Shown here: positions 49,806 through 63,355 of the stretch, piece by piece
Numbering within the stretch: position 1 is the stretch's first letter
How the letters are laid out: the number at the start of each line of letters is the position of its first letter
Source: Octopus sinensis
Taxonomy: Eukaryota
Length of the DNA: 64,000 nucleotides
Reading direction: 5' to 3'
Assembly: GCF_006345805.1 (NCBI RefSeq)
Contig: NC_043002.1
Coordinates: 58,342,001-58,406,000, forward strand
Notes under the pieces: model-generated
Databases searched by the model: none
Told to the model about the DNA's origin: nothing
The model's input: the letters and a program-made list of their open reading frames with translations, nothing else
Translations under genes and position numbers: made by a program

Positions 49806-51009
49806 CTTAATGAGTTATAAGAGCCATTACCATAGTAACACAGCCCTTCAAATCATTAATTTGTGTGTGTTTGTGTGTATGTGTTTGACGGGAAGGCAGA
49901 AGCACAACAAATGGATAGTGAAAACAAAATGGTAACACTGACTCAGGGCAGGCTTAAGCAATGACAGTGTCTGTTCTAAAAATCCTTGCAATAATTTCTA
50001 AAACGCTCCAATAAAAATGAACCATGGGAAATTCTTGATCAGTTAATTATCATCATTTAATATTTGCTTTTCATGCTGGTATGGCTTAGACAGTTTGACA
50101 GGAGCCGGCAAGCCAGAGAACTGCACCAAGTTCCAATAATCTGTTTTGGCAAGATATCTACAGCTGGATGTCCTTCCTAACACCAACCCCTTTACATCAA
50201 GGTAGAGCAGGTAAGAGATAAAAACAGTGGTGATGAGGAGTCTGGTAGATTCAAATTTATATATCTCTATATATAAATATATATATATATACATCATCAT
50301 TATCATTTAATGCCCATTGTCTATGCTGGCATGGGTTGGACAGTTTGAATGGGCTGGCATGCTTGAAGGCTGCATCAAACTCCATTCTGAGTTGCCATGG
50401 TTTTCTAGCATAGGTTGGACTGCTTGTCCAGGGCTAACACCAAACACTCTGGGAGTGCAATGAGTGCTTTTACATGCCACCACCACAGGTGCCATTTGCA
50501 TGGCACTGGTATCTGCCACGACTGTGATTTTGCTCAGCTTGATAAGTCTTCTCAAGCACGACACAATGCCAAAGGTCTTAGTAGTCATTGCTTCCGTGAG
50601 GCCCAAAACTCAAAATGAACTCAGCCACTTTGCCTCTCTGAGGCCCAACGCTCGAAAGGAACTCAGCTACCTTTCCTCCGTATGTATGTATGTATATATA
50701 TATATATACATACATACATATATGTATACATATATATATATACACACACACACATATATATATATATATATCCAGCTGTAGAAACACTGCCAGATCTGAC
50801 TGGCCTGGTGCAGCCTTCGGGCTTGCCAGACCCCAGTTGAACCGTCCAACCCATGCTAGCATGGAAAGCGGACGTTAAACGATGATGATGATGATGATGA
50901 TGATGATGATATATACACACACACACACACACAAAGGGTGGTCCAAAAGTCACTAGACTATTTCCAGTTATTATATTTTAAAATGCTCTACTGGCTTATA
51001 TGTAGGTTT

Positions 51010-51260
51010 CTTTGTTCCAAGCTACATCTCAGAGATGCATTGGGAAGCAGCATCACCAGTGACGTTCCTGTGGGTTTTGTGAAGGATTCCAAGTCTTTCA
51101 ACATCAGGCATCCCCAGCCCTTTGCCTAGCTGACTCATTTTCAACCAATCAAGTTCCAACTTGCATCTGACCAGCAACGAGCCTTGGCTATACTTGCCTC
51201 CTCCAAAGCCATTTGGTGGTGGCTTTCTCTTTGGCAATTGAAAAGTGAGCGGAGTGATTT
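51010..51260 (-). mobile_element. HERO-like LINE 3' end
   Basis: AIAKEKATTKWLWRRQV* plus the same 3' UTR motif (cctgatgttgaaagac...cactggtgatgctg). Confidence 0.65.
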
Positions 51261-51591
51261 GACCAGCTGCGATTGATAAAATAGAAGCATGCATGGCTAT
51301 TGGCATGGTTCCAGGTTCAGTCCCACTGCATGGTACTTTGGACAAGTGTCTTCTACTATAACCATAGGCTGATCTAAGCCTTGTGAGTCAATTTGGTAGA
51401 AGGAACGTAAAAGAAGCCCCTTGTGTGTGTCTGCACATAAAATGCCTAGGGGCAGTTCTTTTGCCCTTACATTCTGAAGTCGACACTAGATGGCACCTTG
51501 GGCAATGTCTTCTACACCAGTCTTGGGTCAACCAAAGCCTTGTGAGTTAATTTGGTAGGTAGAAACTGAAAGAAGCCCATCATGTGTGTGC

Positions 51592-51648
<57 letters not shown>

Positions 51649-53108
51649 CGCAGGAGTGGCTGTGTGGTAAGTAGCTTGCTAACCAACCAAGTGGTTCCGG
51701 GTTCAGTCCCACTGCGTGGCATCTTGGGCAAGTGTCTTCTGCTATAGCCCCGGGCCGACCAATGCCTTGTGAGTGGATTTGGTAGACGGAAACTGAAAGA
51801 AGACTGTCGTATATATGTATATATATATATATATATATGTATGTGTCTGTGTTTGTTCCCCTAGCATTGCTTGACAACCGATGCTGGTGTGTTTACGTCC
51901 CCGTCACTTAGCGGTTCGGCAAAAAGAGACCGATAGAATAAGTACTGGACTTACAAAAAGAATAAGTCCCGGGGTCGAGTTGCTCGACTAAAGGCGGTGC
52001 TCCAGCATGGCCACAGTCAAATGACTGAAACAAAAGAGTAAAAGAGATATGACAAGCCCTTACATTTCTTATCCAACATGAATCAACCCCTACATGCCCC
52101 CACACAATCAATCCCCTTTGTTTTATAATCTTTCGTCAGTGCTACCATCATCTTCATCATTATCATCCTTGTCATGTCCCCATGTCTCGAATTCATCGAG
52201 GCATTTTTATTTCTATTTCACAGCCAGATGCCCTTCTGCATATTGCCTTCCAAGCAAGATAATATTTCATCATTCCCATGGCCAGACATGTTTTCAAGGA
52301 AGATTGGAAATCAGTGACACTGCCTGTATGACAATGACACCCATTGACATCTATCATGTGACATCAAGAAAAGGAGATACAAACACACATACATGATGGG
52401 TTTCCTTGTTTCTCTTTACCAAATACACTCACAAGGATTTTTTGTCAAGATTAATATTATTATTAAAGCAGCAAGCTGGCAGAATTGTTAGCATGCCAGG
52501 TGAAATGCTAAGCAGTATTTTGTCTGCCGCTACATTCTGAGTTCAAATTCCGCTGTGGTCAACTTTGTCTTTCATCCTTTCAGGGAGTCGATGAAATAAG
52601 TACCAGTTATGCACTGAGATCAATATAATTGACTATCCCGCTTCTCCCAAAATTTTCAAGGCCTTGTGCCTAGAGTAGAAATAATAATAATAATGATAAT
52701 TATTATTATTAAGGGTTAAGGTAAACAGCTAGGATGGGGAACATGTTGGACAAAATGCTTAGTGACATCTTTACACTGAGGCTGACTTTGTCTTCCATCC
52801 TTTTGGAGTCAATAAAATAAAGAACTAGTCAAGTAGTAGGATTGATGTACTTGATTAGACCCCTCCCCTCAAAATTATTGACCTTTAACTAAAACTGGAA
52901 AGAATTATTATTAAGGTAGTGAGCTTCAGAATCGTTACCTTACTAGATAAAATGTTTAGGGGCAGTTCTTTTGCTCCTACATTCTGAGGTCAAATTTCAC
53001 CAAAGTCAACTTTGCTTTTCCCTTTTTGGGGATTGAAAGAACTATTTGAGCATGAGAGTTGATATAATTGACTTGTGCCTCCCCACAAAATTGCTGGTCA
53101 TGTGCTGC

Positions 53109-53153
<45 letters not shown>

Positions 53154-53239
53154 TATTACTATTATTATTGTTGCTGTTTAACACAACACCTTTACTGTGT
53201 CAGTTGTCCTCAACCTTAGTGGAATAAGGTAATGCCTGC

Positions 53240-53470
53240 CATTCAGATTTCAAGATATTTCTCTAGCGGAGGATTTGTGCAGTTCCTAAAAATGCTATTT
53301 CCTGTAAATGTTATATCTTCCCAATCCAGTTTGAGAGCTTCATACATACAGCGTCCAAGGCTCCAACAACAATAGATACAACGCTCACCATTTTCAATGA
53401 CCAGTGCTTTTGTCTTCCACTTCAAACCATCATATCTGACCTGATTCTCTTCTTTTCTTTCTGATATTCA
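53240..53470 (-). mobile_element. R4/NeSL-like RLE-LINE C-terminal fragment
   Basis: ERKEENQVRYDGLKW / VSVVSIVVGALDAVCMKLSNWIGKI / LGTAQILR across frameshifts. Confidence 0.7.
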
Positions 53471-54852
53471 TAGGTGTGGGTGTGGTAAGAAATTTGCTTC
53501 CCAACCACATGGTTCTGAACTCAGTCCCACTGTGTGGCACCTAGGATATGTGTCTTCTACTATGATTACAAGTGAGTTCACTGCCATCAGGTCACCGTTC
53601 TGAAGAAAGTTCACTGCGAGGAAAGTTTACCGAGAAAATATCTACGTATTATTTCACTATTAATAGTTAAAAACTATTATATTGGAAACCATTCCCCCCG
53701 AAAAAACCGAATTGATGATGGTGAACTGATGACATGTTCTACTATAGCCATCATCGTCATCATTTAATGTCCGTTGTCCATGCTAGCATAGGTTGGACTG
53801 CTTGTCCAGGGCTGGTAAGCTGGAAGGCTGCACCAGACTTCAGTCTAATTTGGCATGGCTTTCTATGGCTGGATACCCTTTCAAATGTAAACCGCTCCAA
53901 GAGTGTAATGGGTGCTTTTACATGTCACCAGCACAGATGCCACATGTGTAACACCGGTATCTGCCACAACTGCGATTTTGCTCGGCTTGATGGGTCTTCA
54001 CATGCATGACATAATGCCAAAGGTCTCGGTCATTGCCTCCATGAGGTCCAACACTCAGAAGGAACTCACTTCCTTGAGACCCAACGCTTGAAAAGAATTC
54101 TCATCTGTGAGGCCCAACACTTGATGATGATATGTGTGTGTGTTGGCATATTTATGTCCCCATAACCTAGTGATTCAACAAGAGACCAATAGAATAACTG
54201 CCAGGATTAACAAAAAAAAAAGGACCAGGGTCAATTCAGTCAACTAAAAGTTCTTCAAGGTGGTGCCCCAGCATGGCCACAGTCTGATGATGGCAACAAG
54301 GAGAAAAAAGGAAAGAAATACTCTAACTCTGTTAACTGCAACATACTCTAATCTGTACACTGATCTTCCCCAGGTCCTAATCTCTCTATGTTGGGGAAAA
54401 CATGCTACATTGAAGAGCTCAAAGAATGAACTCCAGAAGTTTGAACTAAACTGAACAGGGTTACCAGACAATGCTCAAAAAGGGAGAATATTCGTAATAA
54501 TAATGGAAATTAATGAATAAATTAATTGTTAGTGAGAAACAGAGTAATCTAATAATGGATTGGAAGAAATGAAGGAAAGCACATGGTTTAAGAGGTAGAG
54601 AGATATTATCATTTGTAGGTGGTCAATGGTAGATGTCAGGTTAGGTAAAAAAAAAAAATAAAAGGATAAGGCTATAAACAACAACGGGGAAAAAATAAAA
54701 AAAGAAACAAAAAAATTTAAAAGAAACAGGAACAAGAACAACAACAATAACAACAAAAAAAAAAGGAAAAAGATGCAGTTGTCTAGTAAAAGACGTGTGT
54801 GACAAGGGTGGTCAAAGAGAAAGAACAACAATCACTGCAATACTTAACTGAC

Positions 54853-54914
54853 CTCAACAGCAGCTTTACTGTTTTCGGGACAATCACTGTCGCCAGTAAT
54901 GTTCAGTGGGGTGC
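54853..54914 (-). CDS. Candidate exon (G-TPLNITGDSDCPENSKAAVE) of an unidentified minus-strand gene
   Basis: Strong acceptor atatgtaatttttcag, donor GAG|GTCAGT; only one open frame; phase 1-0. Confidence 0.6.
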
Positions 54915-55044
54915 CTGAAAAATTACATATAAGCTGTCATCTGCTGTAGTATAATATGACTAGCCATCATCATCATCATCACTCTACCCACCACACAAGC
55001 GATTAAAGTTAGCAAGGCTTCCCCACCCCAATCTCAACTTATAC

Positions 55045-55787
55045 ACTGTGGTACTGCAAGTTATATACTGTGGTACATCAAGTTACATACTGTGGTACTG
55101 CAAATTACATACTGTGGTACTGCAAGGTACATACAGTGGTACTGCAAGGTACATACTGTAGTACTGCAAGGTACATACTGTGGTACTGCAAGGTACATAC
55201 TGTGGTACTGCAATGTACATACTGTGGTACTGCAAGGTACATACTGTGGTACTCCAAGGTACATACTGTGGTACTGTAAATTATATACTGTGGTACTGCA
55301 AGTTATATACTATGATACTGCAAGGTACATACTGTGGTACTGTAAGTTAAATACTGTGGTACTGCAAATCACATACTGTGGTACAGCAAGTTATATACTA
55401 TGATACTGCAAGGTACATACTGTGGTACTGCATGTCACATAATATGGTACTGCAAGGTACATACTGTGGTACTGTAAGTTACATACTGTGGTACTGCAAG
55501 TCACATACTGTGGTACTGCAAGGTACATACTGTGGTACTGTAAGTTACATACTGTAGTACCACAAGGTACATACTGTGGTACTGCAAGGTACATACTGTG
55601 GTACTGCAAGGTACATACTGTGGTACTGCAAGGTACATACTGTGGTACTGTAAGTTACATACTGTGGTACTGCAAGTCACATACTGTGGTACTGCAAGGT
55701 ACATACTGTGGTACTGCAAGGTACATATTGTGGTACTGCAAGTTAAATACTGTGGTACTGCAAGTCACATACTGTGGTACTGCAAGT
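55045..55787. repeat. 22-bp minisatellite TACTGTGGTACTGCAAGGTACA, ~34 copies
   Basis: Direct. Confidence 0.97.
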
Positions 55788-56671
55788 TAGTTGTGTCTTA
55801 TTGTGGTATTTACTGAGAGAATGACTAAGTATTATTACAAAACCCATCTTAAGCATCCCATTTGAAATTCACCATTATCAACCATGATCTCATCATCATC
55901 AACTTGAATGCTGTCACAGGAGGACAAAGTGAATTCTTTCTCCATGAACAGACAGTGATGCTTAGTGCTTGTTTGTGGCAGAATCATGGAAGAATGTAAA
56001 CATTAAAAAAAAAATGTAAATAATGTAAATAATTAAAATGTTTTCTAAAGGATTACAAGTTTTGTAACATAAGTAAAGGCACATAGCTCAGTGGTTAGAG
56101 CATTGAGCTGACAATCATGAGACAGTGAATTCGATTCCTGGACCAGGCTCTGTGTTGCGTTCTTGAGCAAGACACTTTATTTCATGTTACTCCAAATCAA
56201 TCAACTCTAGAAATGAGTTGTGATATCACAGGTGCCAAGCTGTATCGGCCCCTTTGTCCTTCCCTTGGATAACATCAATGGCATAGAGAGGGGAGGCTGG
56301 TATGCATGGGCAACTGATGGTCTTCCATGAATAACCTTGCCTGGACTTGTACCTCAGAGGGGAACTTTCTGGGTGTAACCCCATCATTATTCATGACTAA
56401 AGGTGGTCTTTGCTTTGCTCCAAGTTTTATACAATAACAATCACACTGTACATAACAATAAATATACATTTAGTACATTTGATATAAAAATACCAACTCT
56501 ACTATGCTATGAGTGTAGTATATATATATATATACACACACAAACATATCTACTACATATGTGGAAATCTGTGGGTGTGTTTGTAACGTTGTTAGCTAAC
56601 TCCTCCTACATTGTTTTATCAATTTTGATGAAAGTTGACACGAAGTAGAACTCATGTCTGGAAAACTAGTG

Positions 56672-56704
<33 letters not shown>

Positions 56705-57106
56705 ACAGGCTTGTTGCAGTTTCTGCCTACTAAATCCACTCACAAGACTTTGATTGGGCCGAAGCTGCAATGAAAGACACTTTCCCAAGGAACTATGCAG
56801 TGGGACTGAACTCAGAACCATGTGGTTGGCAAACAAACTTTGCAAACTTCTTACCACACAATCATACCTGCGCATATTGAGTGCATGTGTGTGTGTGTGT
56901 GTGTGTGTGTATGTATACGGTATGTAAATGTGGCTGTGTTGTAAGAAGCTTGCTTTCTAACCATATCATCCCAGGTTTAGCCCCGCTTTGTGGTACCATG
57001 GCCAAGTGTCTTCTATAGCTTTATTCAACCAAAACCTTGTGAATGGCTTTGGTAGACAGAAACTAAAAAAAGCTTGTCATATCTATCGCTCTCTCTCGCT
57101 CTGTGT

Positions 57107-57162
<56 letters not shown>

Positions 57163-58193
57163 ACAAGCAAAGGAAAAAATATAAGTGTAGATGATCTTTT
57201 AATACAAAATTGGTACAAATCTAATAAAGACTCTACAAGTTGTTTCCAAACCTAATTAATTCCAAAACAAAATGAAAAACAATCCTTTTGAAATCACAAA
57301 TTAAGCCTTTCTTCAGGAATTCATTATTGGAATGAATGGGTTCAACCAACAAAAATATAAAGACCTTTAATAGCCCAGAAAGGAACAAACAAATTATGAT
57401 AGAAGGTAATTATCCGAATGCCAAACCATTGAAAACCAGAAAGAAAAAGAAATCCAATTCAGCGTTAATTAAAATGACAATTCGCAATAGATAGATATTT
57501 GTTGACATTTGCCATTACTGTTTAAATTAAACATGAATGGTATAGACATTCAATCTACAGATAAGTTAATGAAACAAATAATCTATTAACTACAAAGAAT
57601 TAGATACTTAGCTAATTAAAAGACTAAAATTTAAAAACCTATATAGATATATATATATATTTTTTATCCATTTTCCATTTTGTTTTGGAATCAACTTGTA
57701 GAATTATTATTGGATTTGTACCAATTTTGTGTTAAAAGATCATCCTTGCTTATATTCTTTTCTTTCCTTATACTTTATTTACTGATTATACCAATATTAA
57801 ATATATAGTTTTTTATATATTCTTTGCTTGGATTGAACCAGCAGACTTTGATGTTTAACATCCCTTTGAAGGATTTTGTTCCTAATTAATGTGTGTGTGT
57901 GTGTGCATGTGTGCATGTATGTATGCATGCATGCATGTATGTGTGTATATATATGTTTATATTTATGTGCGTCTTTGTGTTTGTTACCCCCATCACCACT
58001 TGATAACCGGTGTTGGTGTGTTCATGGTCCCTGTAGCTTAAGGGTTCAGTGAAAGAGACTGCTAGAATAAGTCCTGGAGGTCGATTTGTTCAACTAAAAC
58101 CCTCCAAGATGATGCTACAGCATGGCTGCAGTCAAATGACTGAAACAAGTAAAAGAATATTATTTATGGCATTGTAATGTGGAATAATTATTA

Positions 58194-58493
58194 TTGTTCT
58201 ACCAAACTTGTAATCATTTAGAAAACTTAAATATTTTCATTCTGCATCAAGAAATCACTGACGTCGACGTCCATACAGAAACAAAACTCACTCCATCCCA
58301 CTACAACGACATTTCAGTTTACGACGGCAAAACTCAAGTTGATGAAGTCCAGGTAGACAACAATGGATTTAAGGTAGACGACAATGATTTGGAGGTAAAT
58401 ATGGATGAATTTGAGGTGCGGGACACCAGCTTTACTATTAAACAATCAACTATCCAGCTTGGGGCAGGATTTAATCAAATTAATCAGGGCTGA
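58194..58493 (+). CDS. ORF with 7-aa beta-type repeats (QVDNNGF/KVDDNDL/EVNMDEF/EVRDTSF), function unknown
   Basis: 99-codon open frame; 21-nt periodicity from 58350 with better protein-level than DNA-level conservation; start and splice sites unresolved. Confidence 0.4.
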   Translation: MFYQTCNHLENLNIFILHQEITDVDVHTETKLTPSHYNDISVYDGKTQVDEVQVDNNGFKVDDNDLEVNMDEFEVRDTSFTIKQSTIQLGAGFNQINQG

Positions 58494-61400
58494 AAAAAAA
58501 ACAGTACCTGTGACTTAACAGACTGTCTTTCACTGGTGAGAGTGATAAAGCTGATGACCATCGTCAAAATCTGGAAGCAAAACTTAGGTAGAGAGAGAAC
58601 TGAAGGAGGGCACCTTGTCTAAATATTTCCAACAGTGTGAACTAGCTAAAGACCAGATGCTGTTCTTTCTTTATCATGAATGTAAGTCTTGATCCTACAA
58701 CTATGACAGGCCAATGTCATTCGATTATGTAAGTGAATGGAAGTCAAGTTATCTTCTTGATCATAGTCAGTTATTATCAGTGTTCCAATGCTTAGATGGA
58801 AGGATATATATATGTATATACATACATACATATCATCATTGTTTAACGTCCGCTTTCCATACTAGCATGGGTTGGACGATTTGACTGAGGACTGGCGAAC
58901 CAGATGGCTGCACCAGGCTCCAATCTAATCTGGCAGAGTTTCTACAGCTGGATGCCCTCCCTAATGCCAACCACTCCGAGAGTGTAGTGGGTGCTTTTAC
59001 GTGCCACCGGCACAAGGGCCAGTCAGGCGGTACTGGAAACAACCACGCTCAAGTAGTGTTATGTGCCACCTGCACAGAAGCCAGTCCAGTGGCACTGGCA
59101 ACGACCTCGCTCAAATGTTTTACACGTGCCACCAGCACAAGTGCCAGTAAGGTGGTGCTGGTATCGATCACGTTTGAATGGTGCTTTTTACGTGGCGCTG
59201 GCACGGAAGCCAGTCAGCTGCTCTGGCAGCGATCATGCTCGGATGGTGCTCTTAGCACCCCACTGGCATGGGTGCCAGTCATCGAATATATATATATATA
59301 TATTATATATATATATATATATATGATGATGATGAGTGAAACAAGATGAGAGGAAATGTCAAACTTTCACCAGTTACAACACAACTGCAAATGATACTGT
59401 CACAGTTTACAGGTGAGCTGCAAATGGTGGCCATTCTTCATGGTTTATACTCAAATCTCAGTGTGGTTTTGTACACATTCACACAAACACACATAGCACG
59501 TGGCTCGGTTGTTAGAGTACTTAGCTTACAATCATAAGGTCAGGAGTTCAAATCCTGGCAGTTCACTGTGTCCTTGAGCAAGATACTTTATTTCAAGTTT
59601 CTCCAGTTCATTCAGCTAGCAAAAATGAGCTATACCTGTAATTTAAAGGGCTGGCCTTGACACATCTTATATCACACTGAATCGCCCTAAGAACTATGTT
59701 AAGGGTATGTGTCTATGGAATACTCAGCCAGTTACATGTTAATTTCACAAGCAGGTTGTTCCTTTCTTCAAATCATCAGAAACCCACATCATCATAACCA
59801 ACAGAGTGCCAGTTAGCAACCAAACCAACTGAAAAGGTTTTGGTTGGCCCACAGATATAGCAGAAGACACTTTGCCACCACACAGTGGGACTGAACCTGA
59901 AACCATGTGGTTGGAAAGTGCACAGCCATGCCAGCACCCAGGAGTGCATTTCTGTTATTTCTACATAAAAATAAATATTCAACTATGTCGCCTGGCTGGC
60001 TTCCATGCTGGTGGCATGTAAAAAGCACAATCTGAATGTGGCCGATGCCAGTGCCCCCTGATGGCTCCCGTGCTGGTGGCATGTAAAAAGCACTATGCAA
60101 ATGTGATCGATGCCAGGACCACCTGACTGGCATCCATGCTGGTGGCATATATGGAGCACTATCCAAATGTGGCCGATGCCAGGGCCACCTGACTGGCTCC
60201 TGTGCCAGTAGCATGTAAAAAGCACCTTCTAGCCTTGGAGTGGTTGGTATTAAAGGCGGCGAGTTGGCAGAAACGTTAGCACGCCGGGTGAGATGCTTAG
60301 CGGTATTTCGTCTGCCACTACGTTCTGAGTTCAAATTCTGCCGAGGTTGACTTTGCCTTTCATCCTTTCGGGGTCGATAAATTAAGTACCAGTTACGCAC
60401 TGGGGTCGATGTAATCGACTTAATCCGTTTGTCTGTCCTTGTTTGTCCCCTCTGGGTTTAGCCCCTTGTGGGAAATAAAGAAATAGGTATTAAGGGAGAG
60501 CATCCAGCTGTAGAAACATTGCCAGATCAGATTGCAGCCTGGTACAGCTGTTGGCTTTCCAGACCTGTTGAACCGACCAACCCATGCCAGTATGGAAAAC
60601 GGACATTAAACGATGATGATGTTCCAAAAGAGTTTTCAGATATTATATATAACACCAACAGAGAATGCAAGTTTGACAAGCACAGGATCAGTTGCAACCT
60701 TGTTGAGCCTCATTCCATTTCAACGTGGCCAAGACTATGCATTCTCTCTTAATACTAAAACAAAATTAATTTAATATGCTCCATGGTGGATAATGAAAGT
60801 TCTAACAAAGTTTATTTCATCAAAATGAAATGGGTGGGGGTTAACGGGAGATTCAACATGCATCATGTAGAAATCATGAAAATCTCTTTTCTGGTCCTCA
60901 ACCGTTTTCTGGCACTAATTCCTACCATTCTTTTACAGAATATAATTACTAAACAAATTTCTGTTAGTTCCAACACTGAATATGCAATTATTTGATCAAC
61001 TGAATTCTTTATTCATTGAATTAGTAAATAAGTGGCTGAGTACTCCACGGACAACTGCACCCTTAATATAATAATCCTCAGGCAGAATCAGTTTGAAAAA
61101 GTTGGACCTTTGAATTACAGGTACAAACTCCAGGCTTCTCCACAGTTTCCATTTATGCAATTTCATTCACAAAGGTTTTTCAGGTGACCCACAGATATAA
61201 AAAAGAAACATTTGCACAAGAAACCACACAGTGGGACTCTACTAGAGACTTTGAAACTGTTAAGCAACCTTTTAACCATTTAACCAAACTGCATTTACAT
61301 TATTTCATTACATAACGAACAAACTCATTAACTATGTGAATCCCACATTTACTGGTAATAATAATAATAATACTAACATATAATATTTGTTACTAAATAT

Positions 61401-63355
61401 GAATTTTCTGAGAATCTTGTAAAACTCTACTTTCCTGACAAAATCCAACCTATTCTCATTCTGTAATATTATGGTACTATGGTAACAAGCTGGCAGAATA
61501 GGAAGTACACCAGGCAAAATGCTTTGTGGCATTTTGTCCGTCTCTGTACCCTGAGTTCAAATTACCCCAAGGTTGACTTTACACTTCATCTTTTTAGGGT
61601 TGGTACAATAAGTACCAGTTCAGCACTGGGGTCAATGTAATCAACTTACACACTACCCCAAAGTTGCTGGCCTTGTGTCAACATTTGAAACCATTATCAT
61701 CATCACTATTACTATTATTAAGGCAGCGAGCTGGCAGCATTAGCATGCTGGAAAATATGCTTAGCAGTATTTCGTCTGTCTTGACGTTTTGAGTTCAAAT
61801 TCCACCGAGGTTGACTTTACCTTCCACCCTTTAGGGGATCAATAAATTAAGTACCAGGGAAACACTGCGGTTGATGTAATCAACTAGTTCCCTCCCCCAA
61901 AATTTCATAGCTTTGTACCTTCAGTAGAAAGGATTATTAATATTTTTAAGGTGGTGTGTTGGCAAAATCGTTAGCATGCCAGCCAAAATGCTATGTGGCA
62001 TTTAGTCTGTCTATACATTCTGAGTTCAAATTTTGCCAAAGTCGGCTTTGCATTTAAGGGTCAATAAAATAAGTACCAGTTGAATACTGGGGTCAATGTA
62101 CCTTGTGCCGACATTTGAAACTAATATTGTGGTGCTGTGGTCACCCAATGTATGCCATGGCTATCCTGATATGCCGCATCTGTCCAGATAATGCTACAGC
62201 TGGATATTACCTGGATATACAACAGCTACCCAGGTATCCCACAGTTACCAAGATGCACAGCACCTACCTGGATACACCAAGGCTATTTACATACACTACA
62301 GCTACATATGTATAAGATGACTACTTGGCTACACCATGGGTCTACCCAGGTAGACTACAAAGTCTTGGTGTTAATAGGTAGATAGATGTACAATTTATAG
62401 CTTTGCACTTACTTCCAGCCCAATTCCTGCTAACACTTTAATAGTCATCATACATAAATTACTTTGATAGAGAAACAGAGTCAGCAAGGGGAGGGGGGGG
62501 GGATACAGACCATCAACTCGATAAAGGGGGAAGAACTCTACAGAAGTTGTATACCTAATAAGGTCAATAGATGAATGGAAGATGTATTCATTTAATTCTT
62601 TAACCCAATTGATAACAACCTGGCTGAAACCGGTTCTGGTCTACAAATGTCTTGTTTTCAAAAGTTCTGAAGTAAAAAAACCTTCCACCAAACCTTAGTC
62701 ACAATTTATATTCCTAACACTAGCTTAATGGTAACTAAGTTATTTTACTAAATTCTTTGTAATATTTAAAATTAATTGAAAGAAACACAGAGCATCTCAA
62801 CAGAAATACAATAACATGAGGTTTAAAGTAAGGACTTTTTAATTATGTTTCATATTTTTAACACTATATAACATCTTAACCTCTTACACATCACCTGCCT
62901 TGTTTCTTTTCTTTTCTTCCTCTATCAGTTTTTCTCTTTCCTATTAAATCTTGATTATAAATGTGAGCCGATATTGTCTTGTGTTCCTCATCAGTTGCAG
63001 CCAATTTTTTAATCATAGAATTTTTAAACACTCTCCTGTCTTTCTTTTATTTCTCTTTTGTCAGTTTTTATCCTGAAGGACTGAAACATTGGAGGTTTTA
63101 CTCTTCCTGGCAATTCCACTGTACTCTTTCGGTTGCTTCTTTTTTCAAACAATACAAACCACCACCAGTCTCCCTCCCTCTATTCTGTGTGTGGTGCTAG
63201 TTTTATTCTTTCCGCTGAAGAACATTGTGTTAGTATAAGGGAAACTATGTAAAAACCAAGCATCTACAAAATATATTTCCAGACCACACAACTCCACCAC
63301 AAGCATGCATCTGATATTAATATTTTCGTAATGTTACATAAACAATGAGCTTGTG

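Noticed and set aside
51022-51345. 107-aa ORF
   Set aside because: Chimera of a SINE and a HERO-like 3' end read in a non-native frame.
53385-53465. Apparent exon with GTGAGC donor (VRYDGLKWKTKALVIEN)
   Set aside because: Better explained as the frameshifted C-terminus of an RLE-LINE.
55061-55816. Cys/Tyr-rich repetitive ORFs
   Set aside because: Products of the 22-bp minisatellite; the unit is not a multiple of 3 and ORFs occur on both strands.
59340-60990. Scattered exon-like stretches (59340-59417 +, 60640-60750, 60780-60910 -)
   Set aside because: Splice sites or phases do not assemble consistently on either strand.
62150-62360. Degenerate repeat with short ORFs
   Set aside because: Low-complexity decayed repeat; no consistent frame or splice signals.
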